From positions 1 to 64,000 of the forward strand of contig CAWDYC010000006.1 in the NCBI GenBank assembly GCA_963806535.1: 64,000 nt of DNA, written 5' to 3'. Origin of the DNA: Candidatus Bathyarchaeota archaeon (GTDB lineage Archaea; Thermoproteota; Bathyarchaeia; Bathyarchaeales; Bathycorpusculaceae). Shown here piece by piece: positions 52,665 to 62,660 of this stretch. Numbering within the stretch: the stretch's first letter is position 1; each line of letters begins with the position of its first letter. The notes below the pieces were generated by a model. That model was not told where the DNA came from. It saw only the letters and a program-made list of their open reading frames with translations, and did not search any database. The translations under genes and the position numbers were made by a program.

Positions 52665-53063
52665 ATGACTCAACAATTACCTGCATTAAGTTTTGAAACA
52701 TCCTTTATCACGGAAAAGCAACCAGTTAAAACGACTTTTGAAGAAGAAATTTCAGAGGCAATCGAAACTGTATTTTCACTTCTTGGAAATGTCAATAAGC
52801 AAGCAATTTATCGTTTTCTCGAAAACAGATGCAACATAAAGAAGGAAGAGATTCCAAATAATATTGCAAAATTTTCAGATGCTTTTGAAGAGACATTCGG
52901 TTCGGTTGCAAAGCTTATAGAGATAAAAATAATTGAAAGACTCCATGCTAAATACAAAGACTTCTCTTATATTCCAGTTAATGGAGATATTGATTTCCGA
53001 GAGTTTATGTCTAATTTTCAGTCTGTATTTGGATGGTTAAACTACCGTCAAGGTCAATGTTGA
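52665..53063 (+). CDS. Hypothetical protein (NitrOD5/DUF3227-like)
   Basis: EAIETVFSLLG...IYRFLE...EEIP...FEETFG..AKLIE pattern. Confidence 0.55.
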   Translation: MTQQLPALSFETSFITEKQPVKTTFEEEISEAIETVFSLLGNVNKQAIYRFLENRCNIKKEEIPNNIAKFSDAFEETFGSVAKLIEIKIIERLHAKYKDFSYIPVNGDIDFREFMSNFQSVFGWLNYRQGQC

Positions 53064-53339
53064 CGTGATGCTGCTCAGATTTTTTATCTGCTTAAAAACG
53101 ACTTCGCGAAGGTGCTCCAAAGATTCGCCGCTGACTTTTGCGATAATGTCGTATGCTCCGCGTGAATGGTAAAGCTCAAGTACGCCATCAACTTTTTTCA
53201 AATCTTCAAGTGCACTTTTGCTTGAATCTGTCTCGGCAGTAATAAAAACAAAAGCGTGTCTTTTAGGAGTCTGAAGTCTCTTTTCATCAAAACAATATGC
53301 GTTTATTGTAGTGCCTAAATCACCAAAAACATTTTCCAA
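53037..53339 (-). CDS. Lrp/AsnC ligand-binding domain protein
   Basis: AFVFI, GAYDIIAKV and ITSTLTL. Confidence 0.85.
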   Translation of the reverse strand: MENVFGDLGTTINAYCFDEKRLQTPKRHAFVFITAETDSSKSALEDLKKVDGVLELYHSRGAYDIIAKVSGESLEHLREVVFKQIKNLSSITSTLTLTVV

Positions 53340-53583
53340 ACAATTGCACCTCAGTCACAATTAAACTGCCAGGATCATCACTATTAAAGCTGTGTTACCG
53401 TCTAGCTACAACAACAAACCAAAAACACTCAGCATTTGAGCTGGGGTTTGATAATCACTGTCATCTTACCAGGGTATGAAGAAGTCAAACCGCGCCTATT
53501 TGCAATTTTATGCCACCATAAAGGGAAGACCATGAATGGATCTTGTTTTTACTCTATTGACGCAAGCCTAATTACATAATTTT

Positions 53584-54135
53584 TTATACACTTGTTGTTT
53601 TTAACTGAATCAGTGAGTACACATCGTACTTATTGCCCAAAACTTTTCTACCGTCCAAATAACCTAATTCAATTAGAAAACCCAAACCAACGACGTTGCC
53701 ACCTAATTTCTCAACCAATTCAATGTTTGCCTTTACGGTTCCACCTGTTGCAAGTAAATCATCTATTATCAGAATGTTCGCACCTTTCTGAATGGCGTCT
53801 TCATGGATCTCGATTGCGTCGCTTTCATATTCTTTCTTGTAAGTTAGGTTAACGCATTTGTAGGGAAGCTTGCCCTTTTTGCGAACGGGAACAAAGCCGA
53901 CGCCCAATTCGTATGCCAATGCTGCGCCAATTATGAAACCTCTTGCTTCATTTGAAACGATTGCGTCGATTGATTTGCCTTTATAATGGTCAGCTAATTG
54001 TTTAATGGCTGCATGGAAGCAGACTTTGTCTTTCAAAAGTGGCGTGATATCCCAGAACACCACACCTTTAAACTCTGGAATTCTTCGAACTTTAGATTTT
54101 AGGTCAATATCAATTGTTTTCTCAGGTTTAGTCAT
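53584..54135 (-). CDS. apt: Adenine phosphoribosyltransferase
   Basis: FWDITPLL, EARGF, RKKGKLP and IDDLLATGGT. Confidence 0.95.
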   Translation of the reverse strand: MTKPEKTIDIDLKSKVRRIPEFKGVVFWDITPLLKDKVCFHAAIKQLADHYKGKSIDAIVSNEARGFIIGAALAYELGVGFVPVRKKGKLPYKCVNLTYKKEYESDAIEIHEDAIQKGANILIIDDLLATGGTVKANIELVEKLGGNVVGLGFLIELGYLDGRKVLGNKYDVYSLIQLKTTSV

Positions 54136-54145
54136 ATTCTTCGCC

Positions 54146-54931
54146 TTACACAAATGCTCCTTTTAGCGCTTGATTACATGTACAGCTACATTCATTGGGA
54201 GTTTTAGCCACTGTTTCAGCGATTATGCGCTTGACCTTTTCGATATTAGATTTCATTGTGTCGAGGATGTCGTCAACGCAGACTACATGGTCTTTCCAAA
54301 CGTCGTAGTCGGTGACTGTTGATATGGAAGCATAGCAAATTTCGGCTTCTCTTGCCAAAACACATTCAGGAACAAGCGTCATTCCAACCACGTCTGCGCC
54401 CCATTGACGGTACATTTTTGATTCTGCTTTGCTTGAGAAGCGAGGCCCTTCGATGCAAACGTAGGTTCCCGTTTCATGCATTTTGATGTTCATTTCCTTC
54501 GCGACGGATATTATGGTTTTTCTTAGGTCAGGGCACATAGGTTCAGCCACAGAAATATGGCAAACCTTGTTTTCCGTGTAAAAAGATTGTTCTCGTCGAG
54601 TTGTCCGGTCTAGGAATTGATCAACAAAAACGATTTCGCCTGGATGATACTCCTCTCGCAAAGAGCCAACAGTTGAAGGGGCAAGAATACGTTTTACACC
54701 AAGCCGCTTTAAAGCAAAAATGTTTGCCCTAACGTTGATGTCAGTTGGTCTGATAGTGTGTTTTTTTCCATGTCTGGGTAAGAAGGCCACGAATTTACCG
54801 CCGAGTTCTCCAACGGTTATGGTGTCTGAGGGCTTGCCATAGGGTGTTTCCATTGCAACTTCTTGAACGTTTTTGAGAAGTTTAGGATCGTATAGACCTG
54901 TTCCACCGATTACTCCAAATTCAGCTTGCAT
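54146..54931 (-). CDS. mtnP: S-methyl-5'-thioadenosine phosphorylase
   Basis: GVIGGTG, FLPRHG, IEGPRFS, VGMT and TDYDVW. Confidence 0.95.
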   Translation of the reverse strand: MQAEFGVIGGTGLYDPKLLKNVQEVAMETPYGKPSDTITVGELGGKFVAFLPRHGKKHTIRPTDINVRANIFALKRLGVKRILAPSTVGSLREEYHPGEIVFVDQFLDRTTRREQSFYTENKVCHISVAEPMCPDLRKTIISVAKEMNIKMHETGTYVCIEGPRFSSKAESKMYRQWGADVVGMTLVPECVLAREAEICYASISTVTDYDVWKDHVVCVDDILDTMKSNIEKVKRIIAETVAKTPNECSCTCNQALKGAFV

Positions 54932-55014
54932 GTCATTATCTTCAGGCGTTCACCTTATAAAAATACCGACAACAAACTTAGTATAATCCAATTTAGCAGG
55001 GTTTTTGCTTTAAA

Positions 55015-55114
55015 GAACAATAACAGTTGGTGTTAGCACTGGTGTTGTTCTTCTCTGATAGAAGAAGGACGGCTGGAAATAGCACATCCTACTTCTTCTC
55101 TGCTTCAGAAAGAA
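55015..55114 (-). repeat. Dispersed hairpin repeat, copy C (longest)
   Basis: Overlaps in sequence with both copy A (43452) and copy B (46742). Confidence 0.9.
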
Positions 55115-55235
55115 AAAGAAAACATGTGAGGGCACGCTTCTTCTTCTTTTTCAGATAGACTAAAAATATTGATTTAAATAATTACGTTCATTGAACAATC
55201 ACAGAGGCAAGCGTGTGTGAAGAGCGTGTGTAAAA

Positions 55236-55592
55236 TTGAGTCATAAACACGAAATTAAAAAAACCCACATCACAATTGTTGAATTCGACGACGTCATATT
55301 CACCAAATTAGCAAAAGACACCCGATATTTTGGCGAAGGTAACTCGAAGGGAAGAAAATTGGAGTTTGATTTTGAATATTGTCTTGGCTGTGGCCTAAGA
55401 TTGCTAGATGGCAAACCGATTATGACCAAGGATATATTAGAGGAAGAATTCGAAAGATTAGTTGCTAAAGCAAAAAACAATAACTATGTTAGCTCTGAGC
55501 AAACAACCATGCAGCATACCGACTTTGAAACATTTGAACGATTAATTAAAAGTGCTTTAGCTTTTGGTAAACTCAAAGAAAGCAAACCCTAA
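55236..55592 (+). CDS. Hypothetical protein with a CxxC motif
   Basis: 118-aa ORF containing CLGC. Confidence 0.5.
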   Translation: MSHKHEIKKTHITIVEFDDVIFTKLAKDTRYFGEGNSKGRKLEFDFEYCLGCGLRLLDGKPIMTKDILEEEFERLVAKAKNNNYVSSEQTTMQHTDFETFERLIKSALAFGKLKESKP

Positions 55593-55634
55593 CAAAACTC
55601 ATTAAATTTTTAAAAAAAATAGAAAAAGAAAAAA

Positions 55635-56876
55635 TTATGATACTTTACCTATGCTAACTGAAATTGTTTGTGTTTGACCATTCCGAATTACAGTGAAATC
55701 AACGGTTTGACTAGGAAGCGTATGCTGTTCTAAATAGGACAGCAAATCGTCAGTGTTTGTTATTCTTGAGCCGTTAATGGCGATTATGATATCTCCGCCT
55801 GTCACAACGGTTGAGCCTAAGACTGAGGTTTGGGTTGATCCGCCTTTGAGCCCGTTTTGCGTTGAAACGCTTTCTACGAGCCACCCGTATGTTGTGGTTG
55901 TTCCGATGGCTTGTGCAATTTGGTAGTTCATGTCTGTTCCTTGTGCGTTGATGGTTGGATGTTGGTTGTATGAACCGGATGTTACCAATGAGGCGAGTTC
56001 ACGCATTATGGTTTCGGACGGGATAGCAAATCCTAAACCGTTAGAGTTGCTTACCCCTGCAGTGGTTATGCCGACTACGTCGCCTTCATAGTTGATTAGT
56101 GGTCCTCCAGAGTTGCCTGGGTTGATTGCAGTGCTTGTTTGGATTATGTCTGGGATTGTGGGTCCTTGAGATTGGCTTGTGCTTGAATCTTCAGTTATGG
56201 TTCTGCCAAGAGCGCTGATTACGCCTGTTGTGAGTGTTCCTGACAGTCCGAATGGAGTACCTATGGCAACGACTGGGTCGCCGACTTGCAGACTTGACGA
56301 GCTAAGCAAAGTCAACGAGGGCAAATCGGTGGGCATTTGGTTTGTGGTGACGACGGCTAAGTCGGCTAATGGGTCTGAGGCGATTTCTGTTGCAGGGTAG
56401 CTTTCGCCGTCCGCAAAGGTTACGGTTATGTTAATTGCGTCTTGAACGACATGGTTGTTAGTAATGATAACTTGTTGGTTGTTTACGGTTGTTACGAAGC
56501 CGGAGCCTTGCTGTTGAGAACATACAGTTTGACCAAACATTGTATACTCTTTTAATATGTCTTGGATAACGACGACCGAGTTTTTCACTTGTGAATATAG
56601 TTGAGCTAAGGAAACGTTTCCGTCTAACTGATAGGTAGTATTTGAGGAAGGAACATACGCGGAGTTAAAAGCGGCATTCTGTAAATCCGACTGCAAAGTG
56701 TTGATTTTGCCATTTAGCGTTGAGTAGCTAAAAGCATAGCCGATTAAGCCGCCCGTCATCAATCCCACCAGAACTAGCCCGATTAAAAACAAAGCAGAAA
56801 AACGCTTCGTCTTGGGCTGCTGAGCGGGCGATGGAGAAGATGAAGGCGCTTGAGGTAAAGGAGAGGGAGTCTCCGT
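55635..56876 (-). CDS. HtrA/DegP-like serine protease with PDZ domain (copy 2)
   Basis: GSGF, TNNHVV, DLAVV, INPGNSGGPL and GDIIIAING. The frame extends to ACG at 56876. Confidence 0.92.
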   Translation of the reverse strand, partial: TETPSPLPQAPSSSPSPAQQPKTKRFSALFLIGLVLVGLMTGGLIGYAFSYSTLNGKINTLQSDLQNAAFNSAYVPSSNTTYQLDGNVSLAQLYSQVKNSVVVIQDILKEYTMFGQTVCSQQQGSGFVTTVNNQQVIITNNHVVQDAINITVTFADGESYPATEIASDPLADLAVVTTNQMPTDLPSLTLLSSSSLQVGDPVVAIGTPFGLSGTLTTGVISALGRTITEDSSTSQSQGPTIPDIIQTSTAINPGNSGGPLINYEGDVVGITTAGVSNSNGLGFAIPSETIMRELASLVTSGSYNQHPTINAQGTDMNYQIAQAIGTTTTYGWLVESVSTQNGLKGGSTQTSVLGSTVVTGGDIIIAINGSRITNTDDLLSYLEQHTLPSQTVDFTVIRNGQTQTISVSIGKVS

Positions 56877-57733
56877 CAGGCATCACCTTTAGCGTCGTCA
56901 GTGTTGTTTTGGCTGCTAGTGGTTTGTAATATGTTGTATTGTAATTTGTGTGTTGGCAGACTTTTTCCGCAGGATGGGCATGCTTGGTTTTCAGGTTGTA
57001 GTTTGGCGTGGCAATAGGGGCAAATAAGTTTTTTTGCCAAGTGTAGTCCTTCTTTTTCTTTGGTTATTTTTCCGTCTGTAAGGAATAGCATTCGTTCGGT
57101 GTGAGCTGCGACTTGTCCGTCATGTGTTACCATGATTATGGTTGTTCCATGTTTGAGGTTGAGGTTTGCAAGCAGCTTGACGGTTTCCTGTTTGTTTTTT
57201 ATGTCTAGGTTTCCTGTGGGTTCGTCGGCTAAGATGATGGCTGGGTCATTGGCTAATGCTCGGGCTATGGCTACTCGTTGTTGCTCTCCTTGGCTGAGTC
57301 GTTGGGGTCTATGTGATTCGCGTCCAGATAAACCGACCATTCCAAGCAGTTCATTGGCTCTTTCGCTTCGGTTATCGCTGAATTTTCCTGCAAGTTCCAT
57401 CGCTAACTCAACATTTTCCCGTGCATTTAGGTATGGCAAGAGGTTGAAGCTTTGGAATACGAAACCTATTTTGTCTCTTCGAATCTTGTAGAGTTGCGAT
57501 TCAGGTAAGGTTGCGATGTTAATGTTGTCTATGAGCACTTTGCCTTTGGTTGGTTTGTCGATGCAGCCCATTATGTTTAGCAGGGTTGTTTTGCCGGAGC
57601 CTGAGGGTCCCATGATTGCTGTGAATTCGCCTTTCTTGATTTCAAGGTTCAGATTGGTTAGGGGCTGTACTTCTCGTTTGCCAAGGGTGTAGGTTTTTGT
57701 CAGGTTTTCGATTTTCAATACTAGCTCACTCAT
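56876..57733 (-). CDS. ABC transporter ATP-binding protein (LolD/MacB-like) with a C-terminal zinc ribbon
   Basis: GPSGSGKT, LSQGEQQR, ADEPTGNLD and CPYC..CPSC. Confidence 0.93.
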   Translation of the reverse strand: MSELVLKIENLTKTYTLGKREVQPLTNLNLEIKKGEFTAIMGPSGSGKTTLLNIMGCIDKPTKGKVLIDNINIATLPESQLYKIRRDKIGFVFQSFNLLPYLNARENVELAMELAGKFSDNRSERANELLGMVGLSGRESHRPQRLSQGEQQRVAIARALANDPAIILADEPTGNLDIKNKQETVKLLANLNLKHGTTIIMVTHDGQVAAHTERMLFLTDGKITKEKEGLHLAKKLICPYCHAKLQPENQACPSCGKSLPTHKLQYNILQTTSSQNNTDDAKGDA

Positions 57734-59186
57734 AACGCATTGCCTCCGCTGGTCTTGTTTTTGCTGCTCGCCACGCTGGGTACAAGCTGCCAACTATGCC
57801 TAACAGAACTGCTGTACCAAAACCAATGAGCATAAACTCAGGGCTTACGTTGATTGCAGGAGTTGAAGCTCCAGAGTTAATTGATACAATTGTAGCGCCG
57901 CTGTAGGACCCTAATGAATTTCCCAAAGCTGGAAGCAGAAGTGATGATAGGTATGGTGCTGCAATTGTGCCTATGACAACACCTACTACTCCTGCAAGAA
58001 CGCTTAGCAGGATGCCTTCGACTAGGAATTGGCCCATTACGGTTCTGTTGCTTGCGCCCATTGCTTTGAGTGTGCCGATTTCTTTGGTCCTTTCTCGAAC
58101 GGTGTAAAGCATAACGAAGAGCACGATTATGCTTGTTGCTGTGACTGCTATGACGATTTCTTCAAGAGCTTGTGTTTGAGTTTGATTCATCGTGTCTTGA
58201 GCACTTTTTAGTTGGCTGTCGTACATTGACTGCATTTGGTTAAGTTGGCTTAGTCGATCCTGCGCTGTTTGGACGTTGATTTCTGGATGCAACGAACTTA
58301 TTGTTGTTGCATCTGATGTTACGTCGTTCTTGTTGTCTGCAAACACGTTAAGTTGGGTAATAATGCCAGTGCTATTGGTCAAGGCTTGTGCTTCTGTTAG
58401 GTCCATGTAGACTAGCTGGTTGTCTGAGGTTCCTGTAGGTGAGTATATTCCTACTACTGTGAAGTTAGTGCTTAGTATATCGACTGTGTCGCCTACACCT
58501 TTTCCGAAATATGCTGAGCTGTTTTCGCTAAGCAACACGTCTCCTTTTTCGCCAGGTATCAAGTTCCTTCCTGCGGTAATGTTTGTGGGTAGTATTGGGT
58601 AATTGTCGATTAATGATGAGTTCAAAGGTATGCCTTCGATGATGTAGTCAGGCACTGTGATGTTGAAGCTCGTAGGTATGCTTGAAGGTACTGTTCCTTC
58701 GCTTGTCATGATATGTGGAGTTACTGTTTGATTGTGGCCCTCTACCACTTGGAGTATTGGTTCTACTGCGGCTATTCCAGATACTGTATTGTTGATGTCT
58801 TCGTATTGGCTTTCATTCATGGGTTTCATTGATCCGCCGCCGAGTGCACCACCACCGTAGTTTATGACAGGGCCGTTTCCTGAACCTCCGATGGGCCCGC
58901 CAGTAGTGCTGGTGCTAGAGCCCGAGGTGCTGAAACCGAAACCAGTAGGTGCGGATTGGGTGAGGCTGCATTGTATTTGTGTTAGAGTCTGGTTGATTTT
59001 TGCCTCAGTTTGAGTTATCGTGTTCCCTAAACCGTTGGTTAAGTTGTTTGTCGCTGATTGGCTAGCGGCTATGCTTGGTGGTATGGCGATTAATATTGCC
59101 ATGCAGAAGCCTAGGGCGATTACTACCAGTAATGCTCTTATTTTTCGTCTTGATAAGTTTCTGAACGCTCTGCTAAGTATTCCCAG
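57726..59186 (-). CDS. ABC transporter permease (MacB/FtsX family)
   Basis: RAFRNLSRRKIR, VRERTKEIGTLKAMG and YPAWRAAKTRPAEAMRYE. The frame opens at CTG 59186 after an AGGTG RBS. Confidence 0.92.
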   Translation of the reverse strand: MGILSRAFRNLSRRKIRALLVVIALGFCMAILIAIPPSIAASQSATNNLTNGLGNTITQTEAKINQTLTQIQCSLTQSAPTGFGFSTSGSSTSTTGGPIGGSGNGPVINYGGGALGGGSMKPMNESQYEDINNTVSGIAAVEPILQVVEGHNQTVTPHIMTSEGTVPSSIPTSFNITVPDYIIEGIPLNSSLIDNYPILPTNITAGRNLIPGEKGDVLLSENSSAYFGKGVGDTVDILSTNFTVVGIYSPTGTSDNQLVYMDLTEAQALTNSTGIITQLNVFADNKNDVTSDATTISSLHPEINVQTAQDRLSQLNQMQSMYDSQLKSAQDTMNQTQTQALEEIVIAVTATSIIVLFVMLYTVRERTKEIGTLKAMGASNRTVMGQFLVEGILLSVLAGVVGVVIGTIAAPYLSSLLLPALGNSLGSYSGATIVSINSGASTPAINVSPEFMLIGFGTAVLLGIVGSLYPAWRAAKTRPAEAMRYE

Positions 59187-59274
59187 TTGAGTGCACCTTC
59201 TTGTTTTTTGTTAATTGTTGTTGTTTTGTTGGGGTTTGTTTCATTTAGATCCCATTATTTAGATTCATAGTAGT

Positions 59275-59324
59275 TACTACTATTGATAGTAGCAATAATA
59301 TAAGCGTTACTACTGCCAATAGTA
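59275..59324. promoter_or_regulatory. Two TACTA-N7-TAGTA operators flanking the permease TATA box
   Basis: 59275-59291 TACTACTATTGATAGTA and 59308-59324 TACTACTGCCAATAGTA, with minus-strand CTTATAT between them. Confidence 0.8.
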
Positions 59325-59384
59325 ACTTACTTCAACGCAAAAAACAAAAAGAAGCAACAAAAAATTTAACAAATAAAAAAAGGC

Positions 59385-60818
59385 TCAGGGAACAAAACTA
59401 ATATTTTGAGGACCAAACACAAAAAAATCATTCATTGGACCGAAACCTGCCTGAGAATCAACCAAAGTACCATTATTAGCTATCAAAACCACCGCATTAC
59501 TGTCGACACCAGAAAACATTTGACGCATCGGCGAATCTATGTATAAAGAACTACTCGAATTTCCTCCGACTACACCATCAGACCCGACTCCGCCTAATCC
59601 AGCAAAACCATAACCAGTAGTTTTCAAAGCCGCTGGAGAAGGAACCTTGAGTTGATGTGAAGCCGTGTAGTCTGTTTGTATGTTAACCATTGCGAAGCTA
59701 ACAGCAATTACAGAACAAAGAAGCACCAGAGTCAAAACAAAACTAAAAAAGACCTGGCGCTGATTTAAATGACCATGCGTCTTTGGCTCAGAAATATTTC
59801 TTAGTCGCTTATCCAAACGTGGATGAGTTGAAAGAATGCCGAGTCTATGCAACAGCGAGGAGGTAACTAAAAGATTTGAAGAGAAATTAACCAATATGCT
59901 TTCTTTAGGCAAACTTTCGATGGCTTTACAAATTTTTGCAAGCGCATTCCCAAACGAAGCGGGCTTTTCAGATAATTCGACGGCACGTTCATCAGCGTAC
60001 ATTTCTCTTTCCCTTTGGCCTGTTGACGAAACAACATAGGCAAGCGGATTGAAAAATGAAACAATCGTTAAAGCGGATGACACTATTTTGTAGAAGAAGT
60101 CATGGTGTTCTACGTGTCCCAATTCATGTGAGGCCACAGCGGCTATTTCATCATGGTCAAGTATGTTTAGTAGGCCAATTGAAAAAACAATTGTTGACGT
60201 TTCCCCATAGCCGATGGTGAAGGCGTTAGGTCGCAGATCCTCGACAAGCCCGATTTTCGGAGTTGAAATCGATAATTTGCTGGATAATTCTGATACTTTT
60301 GTTTGAAGCCATTGATGCTCGCCTGGAGCAAGCGAAATTACATGAAGGACTTTTCTTGCAACTCGGTCATCAGCTGCTAGCATGGATAATGTAAAGAATC
60401 CGCCTGCAGCTAACCCGATTAAGCACAATATTCCAGTTACGGAGAAAATTGAGGTTGTCGGTGCTTGTGCAGTTGAGATGACAAGACCTGGAGGCGGCAG
60501 AGAGTGCAAAGGCAAATTAAAAGCAAGGGCATTGAATGCCCCCCTTGTGTCAATAGCGTTATTGCCAGTGGTAATTGAACCTGTAACGGCTTTAAAGAGG
60601 GGGCTGCTTGTTTGAATGGTTGCTGAGGGTACGAAGATAAGCATGACTATAAATGGAACAGCTAATGGAACAAGGTACAGTAGGCTTTTTGTTCGTTGCC
60701 CGAGGAAATTGGTGAAACGTGAAAGAGCTTTAATGCAAACAAACGATAAAACCAGAGATAATACTGAATAGTAGAAATACGGTTGAAAAATCTGGTTAAG
60801 GATTGTTTCAAAGATCAT
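59385..60818 (-). CDS. BlaR1/HtpX-like membrane zinc metallopeptidase (M56/M48)
   Basis: PNAFT, HELGH, EMYADE and THPRLDKRL, with TM helices. Coupled to blaI. Confidence 0.9.
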   Translation of the reverse strand: MIFETILNQIFQPYFYYSVLSLVLSFVCIKALSRFTNFLGQRTKSLLYLVPLAVPFIVMLIFVPSATIQTSSPLFKAVTGSITTGNNAIDTRGAFNALAFNLPLHSLPPPGLVISTAQAPTTSIFSVTGILCLIGLAAGGFFTLSMLAADDRVARKVLHVISLAPGEHQWLQTKVSELSSKLSISTPKIGLVEDLRPNAFTIGYGETSTIVFSIGLLNILDHDEIAAVASHELGHVEHHDFFYKIVSSALTIVSFFNPLAYVVSSTGQREREMYADERAVELSEKPASFGNALAKICKAIESLPKESILVNFSSNLLVTSSLLHRLGILSTHPRLDKRLRNISEPKTHGHLNQRQVFFSFVLTLVLLCSVIAVSFAMVNIQTDYTASHQLKVPSPAALKTTGYGFAGLGGVGSDGVVGGNSSSSLYIDSPMRQMFSGVDSNAVVLIANNGTLVDSQAGFGPMNDFFVFGPQNISFVP

Positions 60819-61294
60819 TCAGGCACTTTCCCCGAATCATTGGTTTTTTTCTTTTTTGCCATATTCTCATTTAACTGTAGTTTTAGGGCTTTGCGTTCTT
60901 CTTCGCTTAAGCAAGTTTCATCTACGAGACAGTTAGCAACTACTTCGCCAAAATTATCGATAAGACTGGAAAGAACTTCCCGAACGGCAGATTTCTGAAA
61001 ATTCAGTTTTTCAAGTGCTGGCCAATAAACATAATATAGGCCACCTCTGCCCTTCTCTATTTTACGGTCAAGCAGATGCTTCTCGAAAAGGCGGTCCATG
61101 GTCGACATAACTGTTGTGTATGCAATGTTCTTTGTTTTTTTGAGTGCTTCATGGATTTCTCTTACTGTAATAGGTGTTTTCTTTGAAGCCCAAATTGATT
61201 CCATAACGCTGGATTCTAATGGGCCTAAAAAAGCTTCTAAGGCTTTGCCGTCTATGTTGTATTGTGAGACGTCTGGTTTTTTGTCTTCAGCCAT
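60815..61294 (-). CDS. BlaI/MecI/CopY-family repressor
   Basis: LGPLESSVMESIW...TVREIH...AYTTVMSTMDRLFEKHLL. Confidence 0.93.
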   Translation of the reverse strand: MAEDKKPDVSQYNIDGKALEAFLGPLESSVMESIWASKKTPITVREIHEALKKTKNIAYTTVMSTMDRLFEKHLLDRKIEKGRGGLYYVYWPALEKLNFQKSAVREVLSSLIDNFGEVVANCLVDETCLSEEERKALKLQLNENMAKKKKTNDSGKVPE

Positions 61295-61311
61295 GGGTGT
61301 TGCAACCGCAC

Positions 61312-61328
61312 TACTATCACCTATAGTA
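61312..61328. promoter_or_regulatory. TACTA-N7-TAGTA operator upstream of blaI
   Basis: TACTATCACCTATAGTA, between the minus-strand TATA (CTTAAATA, 61331-61338) and the ATG at 61294. Confidence 0.8.
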
Positions 61329-61384
61329 GCTATTTAAGTTTTCGAAACATTACTTTTTCCAAATTGGAAATCAGCCAGTTCAAG

Positions 61385-62617
61385 CTAAGACACTTTTCCG
61401 ATTGTAACGTCAACTGTTTGCGTTTGCCCTGTTCTTACTACGGTGAAATTGGCTGTTTGACCAGGCAACGTATGCTGCTCCAGATAAGACAACAAATCAT
61501 CGGTGTTAGTTATTCTTACTCCGTTAATGGCGGTTATTATGTCGCCGCCAAGGACTACGTTTGATCCTAAAATTGTTGCTTGCGTTGAACCACCTTTAAG
61601 ACCATTCTGTGCTGATACGCTTTCAACAAGCCATCCGTAAGTAACGGTTGTCTTCATGGCTTGAGCAATCTGATAATTCATATCTGTTCCTTGTGCGTTA
61701 ATTGTTGGATGCTGAGTATATGAACCGGAAGTAACTAAGGAGCTGACTTCACGCGAAATGGTGTCAGAGGGAATTGCAAAACCTAACCCTTGGGAGTTAC
61801 TTATTCCTGCAGTTGTGATGCCGACAACCTCGCCCGCATAATCTAGGAGGGGACCTCCTGAATTGCCTGGATTAATGGCTGTGCTTGTTTGTATGATATC
61901 TGGAATTGTTTGGCCAGCACTGTTTGAGCTTGATTGTTCAGTGATTGTTCGTCCTAAGGCGCTAATAACGCCCGTTGTTAAGGTTCCAGATAAGCCGTAA
62001 GGTGAACCCACGGCAACAACTGGGTCTCCAACATTCAAAGTATCGGAGCTAACAAGCGTCAAGGAAGCTAATCCACTGGGCATCGGAGAAATTGAAAGAA
62101 CTGCAAGATCAGCAAGTGGGTCAGAACCTAATACTTTGGCTGGGTAAGAATTGCCGTCGGCAAAAGTAACCGTTTCGTTGATTGCATCTTGAATTACATG
62201 GTTGTTAGTGACAACTACTTGTTGGCTGTTTACAGTTGCTATGAACCCTGAACCCTGTTGTTGAGAGTAACCAGCTAAATTGCCAAAGAAATTGTAAGCA
62301 GGAACGAGATCTTGAACTATAACCACTGACGATTTGACTTGTTGATAAAGACTGGAAAGTGATACATTCGAGCCGATTACGTATGTGGAGTTCGGATAAA
62401 CAGTATTCGTTGGATTTTGAGTAAAACTTTGTAATTGACTTTGCAGGGTATTGAGTCTTGAATTGAAATTCGAATAAGTCAAGGCAAAACCGATTAAGCC
62501 TCCTGCAACCAAGCCTATGAGAACAAGAACTACTAAAAGAACTGCTGAAAAACGCTTTGTTTTTTGTGGCGGTGGAATTGAAGGAATTGTTGGTATAGGT
62601 GGAGTTGGAATTTCCAT
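61385..62617 (-). CDS. HtrA/DegP-like serine protease with PDZ domain (copy 1)
   Basis: Close paralog of 55635-56876, with TNNHVI and INPGNSGGPL. Confidence 0.93.
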   Translation of the reverse strand: MEIPTPPIPTIPSIPPPQKTKRFSAVLLVVLVLIGLVAGGLIGFALTYSNFNSRLNTLQSQLQSFTQNPTNTVYPNSTYVIGSNVSLSSLYQQVKSSVVIVQDLVPAYNFFGNLAGYSQQQGSGFIATVNSQQVVVTNNHVIQDAINETVTFADGNSYPAKVLGSDPLADLAVLSISPMPSGLASLTLVSSDTLNVGDPVVAVGSPYGLSGTLTTGVISALGRTITEQSSSNSAGQTIPDIIQTSTAINPGNSGGPLLDYAGEVVGITTAGISNSQGLGFAIPSDTISREVSSLVTSGSYTQHPTINAQGTDMNYQIAQAMKTTVTYGWLVESVSAQNGLKGGSTQATILGSNVVLGGDIITAINGVRITNTDDLLSYLEQHTLPGQTANFTVVRTGQTQTVDVTIGKVS

Positions 62618-62660
62618 TATATATTCCTCAAATAAGTCTCAATTTGTGACATTTATAGCC

